A DNA stretch of 64,000 bases from Candidatus Poribacteria bacterium (GTDB lineage Bacteria; Poribacteria; WGA-4E; PCPOR2b), in assembly GCA_965198175.1 (NCBI GenBank), contig OZ240245.1, forward strand, positions 2,528,001 to 2,592,000. Direction: 5' to 3'. The first letter of the stretch is position 1; each line of letters begins with the position of its first letter. Below are positions 19,084-29,597 of this stretch, in pieces. A program made the translations under genes and the position numbers. The notes under the pieces were generated by a model, which ran no database searches, was not told where the DNA came from, and was given only the letters and a program-made list of their open reading frames with translations.

Positions 19084-20754
19084 ATGTCCGAAACCCAAAA
19101 TGAAGGCGTACTTATCACTCCCATCGGTGGATTGGGAGAATTCGGCTTGAACATGATGACGTATGAAGTCGCCGACGATCTAATCATCATTGATGCTGGC
19201 ATCATGTTTCCCGAAGCGGACACGCCGGGTGTAGATTTGGTCGTCCCCGATATAACATACTTACTTGAGAATCAGCACAAAATCCGCGGAATCGTAGTTA
19301 CCCATGCACATGAAGATCACACAGGTGCACTTGCATTCCTGCTACGACAAATTAACATCCCTGTTTACGGCACTGAACTCACCCTCGCGCTCGCTAAACG
19401 CAGATTGCAGGAATACGATGTCTTAAAAGACGCGCAACTAACCGTCATTGATCCAGATCTCCGGTTGCAACTTGGATGCTTTTCGCTTGAATTCATCCAT
19501 GTAGCCCATAGCATTCCCGGCACAGTGTCAGTAGCCCTACATACGCCTGTTGGTGTAATCGTCCATACCGCCGACTTCAAGTTCGATCTCACTCCCGTCG
19601 ATAATCGGCGCACTGAAATTCACAAACTTGCGATGCTTGGGGAGAAAGGCGTTCTGTTGCTTGTATCCGATAGCACCAATGCGGATCGACCCGGCTTCAC
19701 TCCCTCTGAGCGCGCCATTTATTCCGACATGGATGCAATTTTTCAAAGTGTTGACCGACGCCTTTTCCTTTCTACCTTTTCATCAAGCCTTCACCGTATC
19801 CAGCAATTCATCGATCTCGCAATCGAACATCACCGCCTGATAGCCGTCACCGGGCGTTCTATGGTAAATAATATCCGAATTGCTTCAGAGTTAGCTTACT
19901 TAAACGTGCCGCCCGACCTTCTCATCGATCCCCGGGAGGTGAAGCAGTTTCAACCTCGCGAGGTCGTAGTGCTGAGTACTGGCAGCCAAGGCGAACCCCG
20001 ATCGGCAATGGCGTTGATGGCGATGAATAATCACGCATTCCTGAATATTGAACCGCAGGATACCGTCGTCCTTTCCGCCCGCATCATTCCGGGCAATGAG
20101 CGATCGGTTGGGCACATGATAAATCACTTGCTTCGACGCGGCGCGCGGGTCCTCCACGAAAGAAACGCCGATGTCCATGTGTCCGGACACGGTGCCCAAG
20201 AAGATCTCAAGTTGATGATTAATCTCGTACGCCCCAAATTTTTCGTGCCGATGCACGGTGAATACAGCCACCTTGTTCATCATGCTGAACTCGCAGAGGA
20301 GATTGGCATCCCCTACGAAAATATCACAGTTGCTGAAGACGGCGATCAGATGCTGCTGAACCCTGATTCCTGCGGCATTCATGCGCGCGTTCAATCCGGA
20401 CGTGTTTTCGTGGATGGCAAGCTTGAAATGGGAGTCGAGGACATAGTATTGCATGATCGGCAGGCGCTCTCGCAAGATGGTATGGTCATCCCGATTGTTG
20501 TGCTCGATCGGAACACCGGCAAAATCGTCGCTGGACCGGACATGGTTTCAAGAGGCTTTGTTTACATGGACGAATCTCAACCGCTGATAGACGAAGCCAA
20601 AGAGATCGTCATCAATTCGATAGATAGACTTAGCGAAGAGGTCAAAAGCGAAACGGAAACGGTACAAGAGGAAATCCGAATTGTCCTGCGGCGCTTCTTC
20701 TCGAAACGAACAAAGCGTCGTCCGATGGTGCTGCCTGTTGTTATGCGGGTCTAA
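19084..20754 (+). CDS. rnj: Ribonuclease J
   Basis: PIGGLGEFGLNM, THAHEDH, DSTNA, TGSQGEP, HVSGH, PMHGE; start placed at ATG 19084. Confidence 0.95.
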   Translation: MSETQNEGVLITPIGGLGEFGLNMMTYEVADDLIIIDAGIMFPEADTPGVDLVVPDITYLLENQHKIRGIVVTHAHEDHTGALAFLLRQINIPVYGTELTLALAKRRLQEYDVLKDAQLTVIDPDLRLQLGCFSLEFIHVAHSIPGTVSVALHTPVGVIVHTADFKFDLTPVDNRRTEIHKLAMLGEKGVLLLVSDSTNADRPGFTPSERAIYSDMDAIFQSVDRRLFLSTFSSSLHRIQQFIDLAIEHHRLIAVTGRSMVNNIRIASELAYLNVPPDLLIDPREVKQFQPREVVVLSTGSQGEPRSAMALMAMNNHAFLNIEPQDTVVLSARIIPGNERSVGHMINHLLRRGARVLHERNADVHVSGHGAQEDLKLMINLVRPKFFVPMHGEYSHLVHHAELAEEIGIPYENITVAEDGDQMLLNPDSCGIHARVQSGRVFVDGKLEMGVEDIVLHDRQALSQDGMVIPIVVLDRNTGKIVAGPDMVSRGFVYMDESQPLIDEAKEIVINSIDRLSEEVKSETETVQEEIRIVLRRFFSKRTKRRPMVLPVVMRV

Positions 20755-20884
20755 TCCCACGCGATATCGCTTCGCCTTTACTTCGAGACCGAATCATTGA
20801 TATCATTGGTTGGAAGTTATGCACCGATAAACGGTTTCGAAGCTTCTCGAAACTCAAACTTCAAATTTGAGAGAGGGTCTCACA

Positions 20885-21415
20885 ATGAACACTAGAGAGA
20901 AGTTCAGATACATGGCTTTTGGCGCCGCGCTGATGTTTCTGGGAATGCTGCTCACTTTGATGTCGCCACTAACTGCACAAAAGGATAGGTTCGGCGAGAT
21001 TGAGTGTACAAAGTTGACGGTCGTTGACGGGGAGGGTAAAGCGTCAGTCGTGCTTACTGGCGAAGATGGACTAGACCACGTGTGGCCTTTTGCCGAAACA
21101 CCGGTTCCCGTAGTTATCTATGATAGAGGTATAAGACTCACAGACAGCAATAAAGAAAGCCTCCGGCTTAAGGGCGGACGCGTTGATGTCTATGACAAAG
21201 ACATAAAGGCGCACGCGTCTCTCCATGTTGATGACCATGGCGGGCGTGTAATTGCATTCGGCAAAGATTGGCGGTCGCATGCAGTGCTCAGTATTAGTGA
21301 GTATGGGGGGCGTGTAGAGGTAAACAGCAAAGGTGACGGCACGGCGGTTATGGGCATCAACGAATTCGGCAACGGCGCTGTGTCCACGTGGGATAAGAAC
21401 GGCTATCGACAGTAA
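20885..21415 (+). CDS. Hypothetical exported protein with short beta-strand repeats
   Basis: N-terminal hydrophobic segment, repeated GGRV motifs, GAGAGG RBS. Confidence 0.6.
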   Translation: MNTREKFRYMAFGAALMFLGMLLTLMSPLTAQKDRFGEIECTKLTVVDGEGKASVVLTGEDGLDHVWPFAETPVPVVIYDRGIRLTDSNKESLRLKGGRVDVYDKDIKAHASLHVDDHGGRVIAFGKDWRSHAVLSISEYGGRVEVNSKGDGTAVMGINEFGNGAVSTWDKNGYRQ

Positions 21416-21482
21416 CCCCAAAATGCTTCAAATCAGATGGTCAATCAGTGACTAGGCGTGATGCCCAGTCAGAAAGGAGATA

Positions 21483-22232
21483 ATGTTGAAAGCGATATAG
21501 ATACGGGTTGGCATTGACAAAAAAAAAGGAGAATGGAATGCACCGCGCAACCCAGAAAACGGTGACTTTGTGTATGTACCTGTTCCGGCAGAAGATCGAT
21601 ATGAAGATCCGTTGATGGATAGATATTACGCGGAAAATATTGCCACGGCGTTAAAAAGGTTTTCCACAAAAAATCTTTGCCACATTGATCTACGCGAAGG
21701 TTTAGCGAATGAATCGGCACATTTAGACCCCGATTTTTGCGCTAACCGCCTAAGCTATGGCGACAGCGGCAATAATAATAAAGGAATAGCGTTGCGTAAA
21801 CTGGCACCTGGCGATTTTGTGATTTTCTACAATTGTATGTGTCCGATTAAGCCTCTGGAAACAGGCGATCGGTTAGAGTATGGGATTATTGGAATACTGA
21901 GAGTGAGTGAAATCTATCCTTATATTGGTAACATGGCGGATGAAAGAAATATCCACTCCCGACGCCCTCACAGGGAGCCGACAGATGTTGTAGCATTTGG
22001 TGCCCCGGAGAGATCTGGTAGGTTTGAGAAATACTTGCCGATCGGCGTATTCGAGAAGCGGAACAAGAAAAGTAAATACTATGTAAGAGCTTCCTTAGCT
22101 AATGAATGGGACGGGGTCAGTAATAACGGTTATATCCAAATGTCATTTCCTGTATGGCTTGACAATCCGGAGCGATTTTTCGAGTGGTTTAATCGACAGA
22201 ATCTGAGGTTAATCCAGGAAAATAATCCATAA
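21483..22232 (+). pseudogene. Nmad3-like (nucleotide modification associated) protein with an in-frame TAG at codon 6
   Basis: AAAGGAG RBS, then ATG 21483: MLKAI*IRVGIDKKKGEWNAP...FVYVPVP, in frame with ORF 21570-22232, which carries HLDPDF...SYGD and L.PGDFVIFY. Confidence 0.6.
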
Positions 22233-22356
22233 CAAATCTAGCGACTAAACAAATGACAATCAAAACTTATACAGACTATTCGGGCTTGTCGGCTGCACAA
22301 TCCGACGGTGAATCAAGTCGGGTCGTCTTTCGGCGCGTCGGGTCGATGGTCGGTGC

Positions 22357-22617
22357 GTGATTACGGTCGTGGTGAGTGATAAGTCAGCGAATAAGCAATC
22401 ATCTAACCCTGACCAGTCAGCAGAACAGGGGGCGTTGGTTCAGAAGTTTCAATCAGAAAGCAATCATCTGCGTAGGCAGGTCGACCATCTGACTCAGGTT
22501 GTGGCGATGCAAACGCAACAACAGGGTGAATTGGAAAAGCAGCTTTATAGTCCTGCGCGAGCATCTACGTTGGCGTGGGTTCGGCTGAAACTGCAAGCGA
22601 TGGGGTTGACACGATGA
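22357..22617 (+). CDS. Hypothetical coiled-coil protein, possibly a degraded DNA-binding protein
   Basis: Heptad-rich segment LVQKFQSESNHLRRQVDHLTQVV; ATGA-coupled to the next gene; start uncertain. Confidence 0.35.
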   Translation: MITVVVSDKSANKQSSNPDQSAEQGALVQKFQSESNHLRRQVDHLTQVVAMQTQQQGELEKQLYSPARASTLAWVRLKLQAMGLTR

Positions 22618-23207
22618 TGCGCCAGAGCTTGTTGATTCGACAGCGAGAACGCGAATTAGATGCGAAGATGCGACAGCGTCAACGCGAATATGAAACGCCG
22701 AACACGCTGAAACACTTGCTCTTTGCCTTTGAAGGACGAATCAGCAGGATACCGTTTTTGGTGACTGTTTTTGCACTTTGGGGAGTGTTCTTGGCAATAA
22801 TGGGTCTGTCCAGTTTTTTTATGATTGCCATCCAGATTGTCCATGAACACTTAGCCTTCGTTGTCGGGCTAATCCTAGGTCTTAGCTTGTTAATTTTCGC
22901 CCTGTGGGTCTCGCTAGCGGTTACTATTAAGCGCTTACATGATTGCGATTTATCCGGCTGGTGGTGCGTAATGTTTTTTATCCTGTCGTTTGCACTCACA
23001 GTGGTTGGTAAGAGCTTTTTTCGTCTCGATCAGGGCGATAATGCAACGGCGCAAGAGGTTAAAGATGCCGTAACTGGCATTTCGTGTCTTATCATACATT
23101 TGCTGGTAATTATTGTGCTAGGGTCTAAGAAAGGCACAGAGGGTGAAAATCGCTTTGGGCAGAGGTCAATTATGGTAAGATGGAAGAACGCGAAAAAAGC
23201 GGACTGA
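22614..23207 (+). CDS. DUF805 (YhaH-like) membrane protein
   Basis: FEGRISR, LAVTIKRLHDCDLSGWW, GTEGENRFG. Confidence 0.85.
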   Translation: MMRQSLLIRQRERELDAKMRQRQREYETPNTLKHLLFAFEGRISRIPFLVTVFALWGVFLAIMGLSSFFMIAIQIVHEHLAFVVGLILGLSLLIFALWVSLAVTIKRLHDCDLSGWWCVMFFILSFALTVVGKSFFRLDQGDNATAQEVKDAVTGISCLIIHLLVIIVLGSKKGTEGENRFGQRSIMVRWKNAKKAD

Positions 23208-23464
23208 AAGAAAGTCAAGCGTGGGGTAAAAAAAGTGCACCGGTGGGTAACTACCGGCGTTTTTTGTGGGCGTGGGTAAAACCACATGTGGAGTATGCTT
23301 CGGCGTGAGAGTTTGTGTAACCTGGATCAACGAAAACAAACGCACACGGTCTAAATATGAAGTTTTTCTTCCGTAGGGTCGCTGCAAGAGGAGAACAGCG
23401 GAAGAGCGCAGAATAAACTTGGGCGGATGTGTAGGCAAATTACTGCACATTGATATCCTGCGGT

Positions 23465-24874
23465 TCATCCCCCACCCAAGCGTTGCATCAACTCTTTCCG
23501 TGTTATGGGTTGGGCGAGATCCATCAGGTAAATCTGGAAGACATCGCTTCGATCCGATACGAACGCGAGCTTGGTCCCGTCGGGCGAAAGCGCAGGCTGC
23601 ATGGCAACACCGATTCCGTTGGTAATGCGCCGTTCGTTTGTCCCATCTGCGTCCATCATGTAAATCTCCAAATCCCCGTCCCGTGCCGACACAAAAACAA
23701 TCACGCTCCCATCCGACGAAACGACGGGGCTATAACAATCGTAGGGATTCGGGTTCAGATGCCTTTCATCGCTACCATCTATGTTCACTGTGTAAATCTG
23801 ATGCACTCTGTCCCGCCAGTGACCGCGTGAGGACACAAATGCAAGCCGTTGTCCGTCGGGACAGAAGCTAGGGCTGCCATCGTCCACTTCGTTAAGCGTG
23901 ATGGGGCTCGGTTCAATCGCATTTGGATCGATGGTTTCAAGGTCTATCCCGCCAAGCTTTAGGGAATACAGTTCTAGGTTTCCGTCGCTGTTGGATTCAT
24001 AAGCCACTCGCCGCCTATCCGCCGATACACACGGCGCCCGCACGCCGAATCCGATAGGCAAAAGCTCCTGCGTCACTTTGCTATAGATATGGGTCACAGA
24101 AAACCCCGCGTATGTTTTCGTTGAACCGCTGCTTTGGAGTAAAAGTTTGACTTCCCGTGTTGTTCTCGGCTCGCGGCTGTAGAGCACATAATGTGGATTG
24201 CTGAGGAACACCGGAGAACTCTCATTGAAATCAGCCGTGAAAGTGACTCGCTGGAGGATGCGACCGTTGAGATCCATCAAGTAAATGTCGCCGTTATCTG
24301 CTCGATACGCAGCAAACGCGATTTGCGAACCATCAGGTGAAAAGGCTGGTGAATAGCTGTCTTTTTCGCCTTTTGTCAGTTGCACTACTTTGTAGGAATC
24401 ACCCAATAGTCCCCCGACCTCTTGCAATATCAGGTTGTCAGAAGTAGAGCGAACAATCGCCCGCAGCTCATTAAATTCCGCCCGCCGATTACCTAATTTC
24501 AGATAGATTTTTGCCAACCGAAGCCGAACCTGCACCCGACGCTCCGGTTGCGCCGAATACAGATTAATCGCTATTTTCCCGTGGGCAATCGCTTCATCGT
24601 ACTGTCCTAATCCCTCATACGCCTCTCCAAGCAAGTCGTATACCTTGGGTTTCCGATTATCTTGCGCGATAGCCTCCTCCAGTAAACTGATTGCGTCTGT
24701 GTACATGCCTGAGCGAATGTGCTCCTCAATTTGCTGAAGGGATCTGTCGTCGCTAACGCAACCGACGGTGATGAGGACAGCCATCAACGCGATATTTAAA
24801 ATCTGACATTTAATGCATAATGTGCATTGCACATTGCGGATTGCGGGAATGAGCTGAAATTTAAAGTGTCGCAT
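23465..24874 (-). CDS. TPR + TolB-like PD40 beta-propeller lipoprotein
   Basis: Lipobox-like TVGC, TPRs, repeated PAFSPDG / LAFVS / IYxMDxDG motifs; start uncertain. Confidence 0.8.
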   Translation of the reverse strand: MRHFKFQLIPAIRNVQCTLCIKCQILNIALMAVLITVGCVSDDRSLQQIEEHIRSGMYTDAISLLEEAIAQDNRKPKVYDLLGEAYEGLGQYDEAIAHGKIAINLYSAQPERRVQVRLRLAKIYLKLGNRRAEFNELRAIVRSTSDNLILQEVGGLLGDSYKVVQLTKGEKDSYSPAFSPDGSQIAFAAYRADNGDIYLMDLNGRILQRVTFTADFNESSPVFLSNPHYVLYSREPRTTREVKLLLQSSGSTKTYAGFSVTHIYSKVTQELLPIGFGVRAPCVSADRRRVAYESNSDGNLELYSLKLGGIDLETIDPNAIEPSPITLNEVDDGSPSFCPDGQRLAFVSSRGHWRDRVHQIYTVNIDGSDERHLNPNPYDCYSPVVSSDGSVIVFVSARDGDLEIYMMDADGTNERRITNGIGVAMQPALSPDGTKLAFVSDRSDVFQIYLMDLAQPITRKELMQRLGGG

Positions 24875-24982
24875 TGAGTTTTCTGAGAGTATAAACTGAT
24901 AAGGTAATTTGCTGCTACTATGAAAAAGGTATCAACCGACCAATGAACCGTCCCCTGTGGTTCTAAGTGTTTATGACTAACG

Positions 24983-25014
24983 AAAAAGAGGGACATTCAA
25001 GCGAACGCCCCTCT
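24983..25014 (-). terminator. Intrinsic terminator downstream of mnmA
   Basis: Minus strand AGAGGGGCGTTC-GCTT-GAATGTCCCTCT-TTTT. Confidence 0.6.
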
Positions 25015-25045
25015 CCTATTCACACGTTGGTGATGAATGTCATGG

Positions 25046-26131
25046 TCAAGTAATCCATCCACCGCCGATCACCATGTCCCCATCATAGAACACCGCAGCT
25101 TGCCCCGGTGTTATAGCGCGACGCGGTCGGTCGAACTTGACCTCAGCTTCTGTATCGCTCAGTGGGGTAATTGTCGCTGGGGCCCCATCATCCTTGGAAC
25201 GAATCTTTACGTGAGCATCGATTGGCTCAGTTAGGGTATCCATCGCGATGAGATTCATCCGATCAACCTGCATCGTGTCCCGCAAGAGACTGGCTTCCTC
25301 GCCAACCACAATTGTGTTGTTGTGAATATTCACTTCGGTGACATAGAGCGGTGTACCAGTTGCAATGCCTAATCCTCGGCGCTGCCCAACTGTGTAGAAG
25401 GGAACCCCCCGATGTTTGCCGAGCACCTTGCCTTCTTGATTGTTAATCTCTCCATCCTGAATATTGTCAGTCGCCCAATCTTTTAGGTAGCGTCTGTAGT
25501 TGCCATCTGCTACGAAACATAACTCCTGACTCTCAATCCTCTCCGCACTCCTCAATTTGTATTTCCGTGCAATGGCTCTCACCTGATTCTTCTGGAATCC
25601 ACCGAGTGGCATGCGCGACTGACTCAGTTGCTTCTGTGTCAAGGCAAACAAGAAGTAAGACTGATCTTTACGTGAATCGACGCCTTTTCGAAGGAGGAAA
25701 CGTCCGGTATCGGGGTTCTGTTCAATTCTGGCATAATGCCCAGTCGCAATGTAGGCCGCCTCCAAATGCGATGCTAGATTGAGGAGTTTGCCGAACTTCA
25801 CCTCGCGATTACAAACAACACACGGATTCGGCGTCCGTCCAGAAAGGTATTCGTCGATGAAGTAATCAATGACGTGTTGACGGAACTGCTCCTCATAATT
25901 GACCGCATAGAACGGTATACCCAATTGCATTGCAACGCGGCGCGCGTCTTCTACAACGTCGAGTGAAACACAATTTGGCTTATCTGTCTCCACCTCAATT
26001 GTGTCCTGGGTGCCGAGCCGCATCGTAACTCCGATAACGTCATAGCCCGCCTCAATCATCAATGCCGCCGTCACAGAACTGTCAACGCCGCCACTCATCG
26101 CTGCGACAACTCTCACACTCAATGTAATCAC
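25046..26131 (-). CDS. mnmA: tRNA 2-thiouridine(34) synthase
   Basis: AMSGGVDSS, TPNPCVVCN, ATGHYA, KDQSYFL, ESQELCF, YTVGQRRGLG, ITPGQAAVFY. Confidence 0.95.
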   Translation of the reverse strand: MITLSVRVVAAMSGGVDSSVTAALMIEAGYDVIGVTMRLGTQDTIEVETDKPNCVSLDVVEDARRVAMQLGIPFYAVNYEEQFRQHVIDYFIDEYLSGRTPNPCVVCNREVKFGKLLNLASHLEAAYIATGHYARIEQNPDTGRFLLRKGVDSRKDQSYFLFALTQKQLSQSRMPLGGFQKNQVRAIARKYKLRSAERIESQELCFVADGNYRRYLKDWATDNIQDGEINNQEGKVLGKHRGVPFYTVGQRRGLGIATGTPLYVTEVNIHNNTIVVGEEASLLRDTMQVDRMNLIAMDTLTEPIDAHVKIRSKDDGAPATITPLSDTEAEVKFDRPRRAITPGQAAVFYDGDMVIGGGWIT

Positions 26132-26313
26132 CTGATTTCGACGATTTTCGCTCTAGCCGCACGACGGCAGCAACACGTTTATGTGTCTTAAACCTCACCT
26201 GCAAAATCGTTCTAGGACGTGAGCATAACAAGCGTACGGATTCAAAGGGTAATGTCATACAGGCAGGTAATGATTTAACGCTTCTACGCCTGAACTCGTG
26301 TCAGCTCCAAATT

Positions 26314-28044
26314 TCAACACGCCCCACATTTTTTACACACGGCAGTATCACACGAGCTTGTCATGAATCCCTTCTGATGTTTGTTGTGTTCGAGACGCAA
26401 AAAGTCCGGGATGACATTCAGGTCGAGGTGATCCCACGGATTGAACTCGTCAAGCGAGCGAGGACGGAGCGCATAGAAATCGGGGTCCAAGCCATGTTCG
26501 TCAAAGGCACGCTTCCATGACTTACCTCTTGAAAGATCCAATATGACCGGCCCAAGCCGTCGATCACCGCGTGCAAAAACCGCTTCCTGATAGGCGAGAC
26601 GAGCACTTGCTGAAGACACTTTCATCCCACCTAATCGACCAATCTCATTTTTCAGAAACATCAGTTTTCGAGAGATAGTCTTTGAATCTTCCATTGCTAC
26701 CCACTGGAAGGGGGTGTGCGGTTTGGGAACCATAGGGGAAATTGTGAAGCTAATTCGTGCCATTCGTCCACATCTTTTTGCATGAGGCAGCAGGATGGAT
26801 CTCATCTCCTTTGCCATATCCACAATCGCTTCAACATCAGTCGGGGTTTCGTAAGGCACACCGATGAGGAAATATAGGCGGAGGTTGAGGATGTTTCGCT
26901 TTAATGCTTCTTCAAACACATGATACAACCGTTCACGTGGGATGGCTTTATTGACAACCTTCTGAAGATTTTCGGTGGCGACTTCAGGGGCAATTGTGAT
27001 TGTACCTTGTTCACTTTCAGCGAGTGCGTCCAGCAACGGTGCCCGGACCGTCTCAGCCCGGAGCGAAGCACAAGAAATCCGAAACCCTCGATCAACCAAG
27101 CCTGTGGCGATTTCATCGATCTGTGGGTGATCTGAAATCGAAGCGCCAACCAAGCCAACGCGATTCGTGATGCCGCTCGCCTGTTCCGCAAGTTGTAGGG
27201 TGTTTTCTAGAGACCGGTGCCGAGGCCACCGGCGCGCATAGTCAGCAACACAGAATCGGCATTGCCGACCACAGCCCCGCACAATCTCAATCAGATGGGC
27301 GTTGGAGAACTCTGTCTCAGGTGTGAAGATCTTCGTGCAGGTTTCAACGTGATCGAGGTTCGGGATGGCGGTGGCGGTTACTTTTGTGGAAGCAGGGGAG
27401 CTTGCCTGAATGGCTTTAATTTTGCCATCATCTTTGTAGCTGACTTCGTAGAAGCGTGGGACATAAAGGCCGGGGATGGTTGCAAGCGCATGTAATAGGT
27501 CATCTTTGGACGCTGAACTTGCGTTCCACTCCCCGAAACTATCCATTAGATGTTGGATTGTCAGCTCAGCTTCGCCGACGACGAAGACATCGATAAAATC
27601 TGCAATCGGTTCGGGGTTATAGGCGATATTGATGCCGCCTGCGATAATCAGCGGATGGGTTTCCGCCCTATCGACAGCAAGCGGGGGAATTTTCGCAGTC
27701 TCCAAGGCGAGGGGAATATTGACATAATCCGACTCAAATGAAACGGAAAACCCAACCAACTCGAATTGGTTCAGCTGTGTCTGCGTTTCAAATGAAAAGA
27801 GTGAAGTCCCGCTCCGTTTGAGTTTATCGAGGGTATGTGCCTCGGGAATGAATGCACGCTCGCAAGCAGTATCTTCACGGCGGTTCAATGTGTCGTAAAT
27901 CACTTGAACCCCAAGACTGGACATCCCAAGATAATACGTGCTGGGATAGATCAAGGCGAACCGAATCGCTTTCCTGAAATTGAAGCGAGGACGATGCTCT
28001 CTATCCAGCAGATTTCTGTACGTTTGGCGCAAGTCGTGTCGCAT
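26314..28044 (-). CDS. B12-binding radical SAM protein (YgiQ/TIGR03960-like)
   Basis: YLGMSSLG, NPEPIADFID, RGCGRQCRFC (CxxxCxxC), PKPHTPFQW, C-terminal Cys cluster. Confidence 0.85.
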   Translation of the reverse strand: MRHDLRQTYRNLLDREHRPRFNFRKAIRFALIYPSTYYLGMSSLGVQVIYDTLNRREDTACERAFIPEAHTLDKLKRSGTSLFSFETQTQLNQFELVGFSVSFESDYVNIPLALETAKIPPLAVDRAETHPLIIAGGINIAYNPEPIADFIDVFVVGEAELTIQHLMDSFGEWNASSASKDDLLHALATIPGLYVPRFYEVSYKDDGKIKAIQASSPASTKVTATAIPNLDHVETCTKIFTPETEFSNAHLIEIVRGCGRQCRFCVADYARRWPRHRSLENTLQLAEQASGITNRVGLVGASISDHPQIDEIATGLVDRGFRISCASLRAETVRAPLLDALAESEQGTITIAPEVATENLQKVVNKAIPRERLYHVFEEALKRNILNLRLYFLIGVPYETPTDVEAIVDMAKEMRSILLPHAKRCGRMARISFTISPMVPKPHTPFQWVAMEDSKTISRKLMFLKNEIGRLGGMKVSSASARLAYQEAVFARGDRRLGPVILDLSRGKSWKRAFDEHGLDPDFYALRPRSLDEFNPWDHLDLNVIPDFLRLEHNKHQKGFMTSSCDTAVCKKCGAC

Positions 28045-28074
28045 GCTAATCGCTTCTTTCGGCTTTAGAAAGGC

Positions 28075-29271
28075 CTACTTTTTGTCTTTTGAGCCACGCA
28101 AGCGGATGAATGTCGGAACATCCCACTGATCTTCGGTGTTTTCGGAAGCATCAGATTTATCGGGTTTGCCAGTAGGGCGTTGAGTGGAGCGGTCCGGCTG
28201 ACGGGTTTGATCTCCTCCTAGAAACTTACCACCAAGAATCTGTTCTAAATTCATTACTTCGCCGCCTCCTGGCCCAGAATTCTTGCCAGTTTTGATATTG
28301 GTGTCAAATCCTGTAGCAATCACCGTTACATGCAACTCATCTTCCAAGTCATCATTATAAGCAAGTCCGAAAATTAATTGATCGGTATCCGAGGAATTTC
28401 TAATCACCTCCATGGCACCCTCCAACTCATGCATCATCATATCGGAGGGACCTGTGATATTCACGATGATTCCCGATGCACCTTCAATCGAACTCTCTTC
28501 CAATAACTGTGAGGAGATGGCATGTTGCGCCGCAATCTGGGCACGATTATCCCCTGATGCAAAACCAATTCCCATCAATGCCCCTCCGGAGTCAGACATA
28601 ATCGTTTTGACGTCAGCAAAATCAAGATTAATCTCACCCGGCACCATGATGAGATCCGAGATACTCTGGACAGCGTGAAGTAGAACCTGATCGCCCATAC
28701 GAAAAGCCAAACGAATGGGTAGTTTTCGATCTACTTGCTCAATCAGACGTTGGTTTGGAATAACAATGACGGAATCAGCGCATTCCTGAATATTTCTTAT
28801 GCCTTCTTCTGCTTGGACGGCTCGTTTGCTGCCTTCAAAGTCAAATGGACGAGTCATGACGCCGATAGTCAATGCCCCACTTTCCTTAGCGAGACTAGCA
28901 ATAACCGGGGCTGCTCCTGTACCGGTTCCGCCACCCATTCCAGCGGTCACGAAAACCATGTCTGCCCCTTCAACAATGCTCTTCAGCTTGTCTTTATCCT
29001 CTTCAGCAGCTTTGCGTCCTTTTTCCGGATCTGCCCCCGCACCAAGCCCACTCGTAGTGTTGATACCTACTTGTACCCTTGTTGTGTTATGGCATGTTCT
29101 TAGAGCTTGGAGATCCGTGTTGACGACATAAAATTCTACGCCAGACAATTCTGCTTCAATCATGCGCTTGACAGCGTTGCTTCCTCCACCACCAACGCCA
29201 ATAACCTTAATGCGCGCTAAGTCTTCAAATTCTTCCTGTTCAAATTCAATCATGTTAATTTCGATTACCAT
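28075..29271 (-). CDS. ftsZ: Cell division protein FtsZ
   Basis: IKVIGVGGGGSNAV, GMGGGTGTG, INLDFADV, C-terminal DVPTFIR. Confidence 0.97.
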   Translation of the reverse strand: MVIEINMIEFEQEEFEDLARIKVIGVGGGGSNAVKRMIEAELSGVEFYVVNTDLQALRTCHNTTRVQVGINTTSGLGAGADPEKGRKAAEEDKDKLKSIVEGADMVFVTAGMGGGTGTGAAPVIASLAKESGALTIGVMTRPFDFEGSKRAVQAEEGIRNIQECADSVIVIPNQRLIEQVDRKLPIRLAFRMGDQVLLHAVQSISDLIMVPGEINLDFADVKTIMSDSGGALMGIGFASGDNRAQIAAQHAISSQLLEESSIEGASGIIVNITGPSDMMMHELEGAMEVIRNSSDTDQLIFGLAYNDDLEDELHVTVIATGFDTNIKTGKNSGPGGGEVMNLEQILGGKFLGGDQTRQPDRSTQRPTGKPDKSDASENTEDQWDVPTFIRLRGSKDKK

Positions 29272-29485
29272 TTATCAATTTCAGTAATCTAATTCCTCCT
29301 TTGTCTTGCACCTCACGAGATAGATAAGACTTGTAAACATGCCAGATAATATAGATTCGTAAATCAATAAGTTGTCGGAGATACAGATTTCATGCAGGCT
29401 TGAGGGTATTCCAGCTTACTTCGGATGAACTCCAGAGACTTAACCACAACCGGACTCCTCCCAACTGTCCTAGAATACACTAGAG

Positions 29486-29514
29486 ATTATAAATTACTAC
29501 TCAGTTAAAGTCAA
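29486..29514 (-). promoter_or_regulatory. sigma70-like promoter upstream of ftsZ
   Basis: Minus strand TTGACT-17 nt-TATAAT. Confidence 0.65.
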
Positions 29515-29597
29515 TGATTTTTTTGGCAATTTGTTGTGCATGGTTCATAAACACAAGTCGGTCAAGATAGGAGTTTAGCATGTGTTGCCCTGATAGG

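Noticed and set aside
21498..21500. Pyrrolysine or amber readthrough in the Nmad3-like gene
   Set aside because: No pyl genes are visible, TAG ends normal genes such as ftsZ and lpdA, and the surrounding islet looks degraded.
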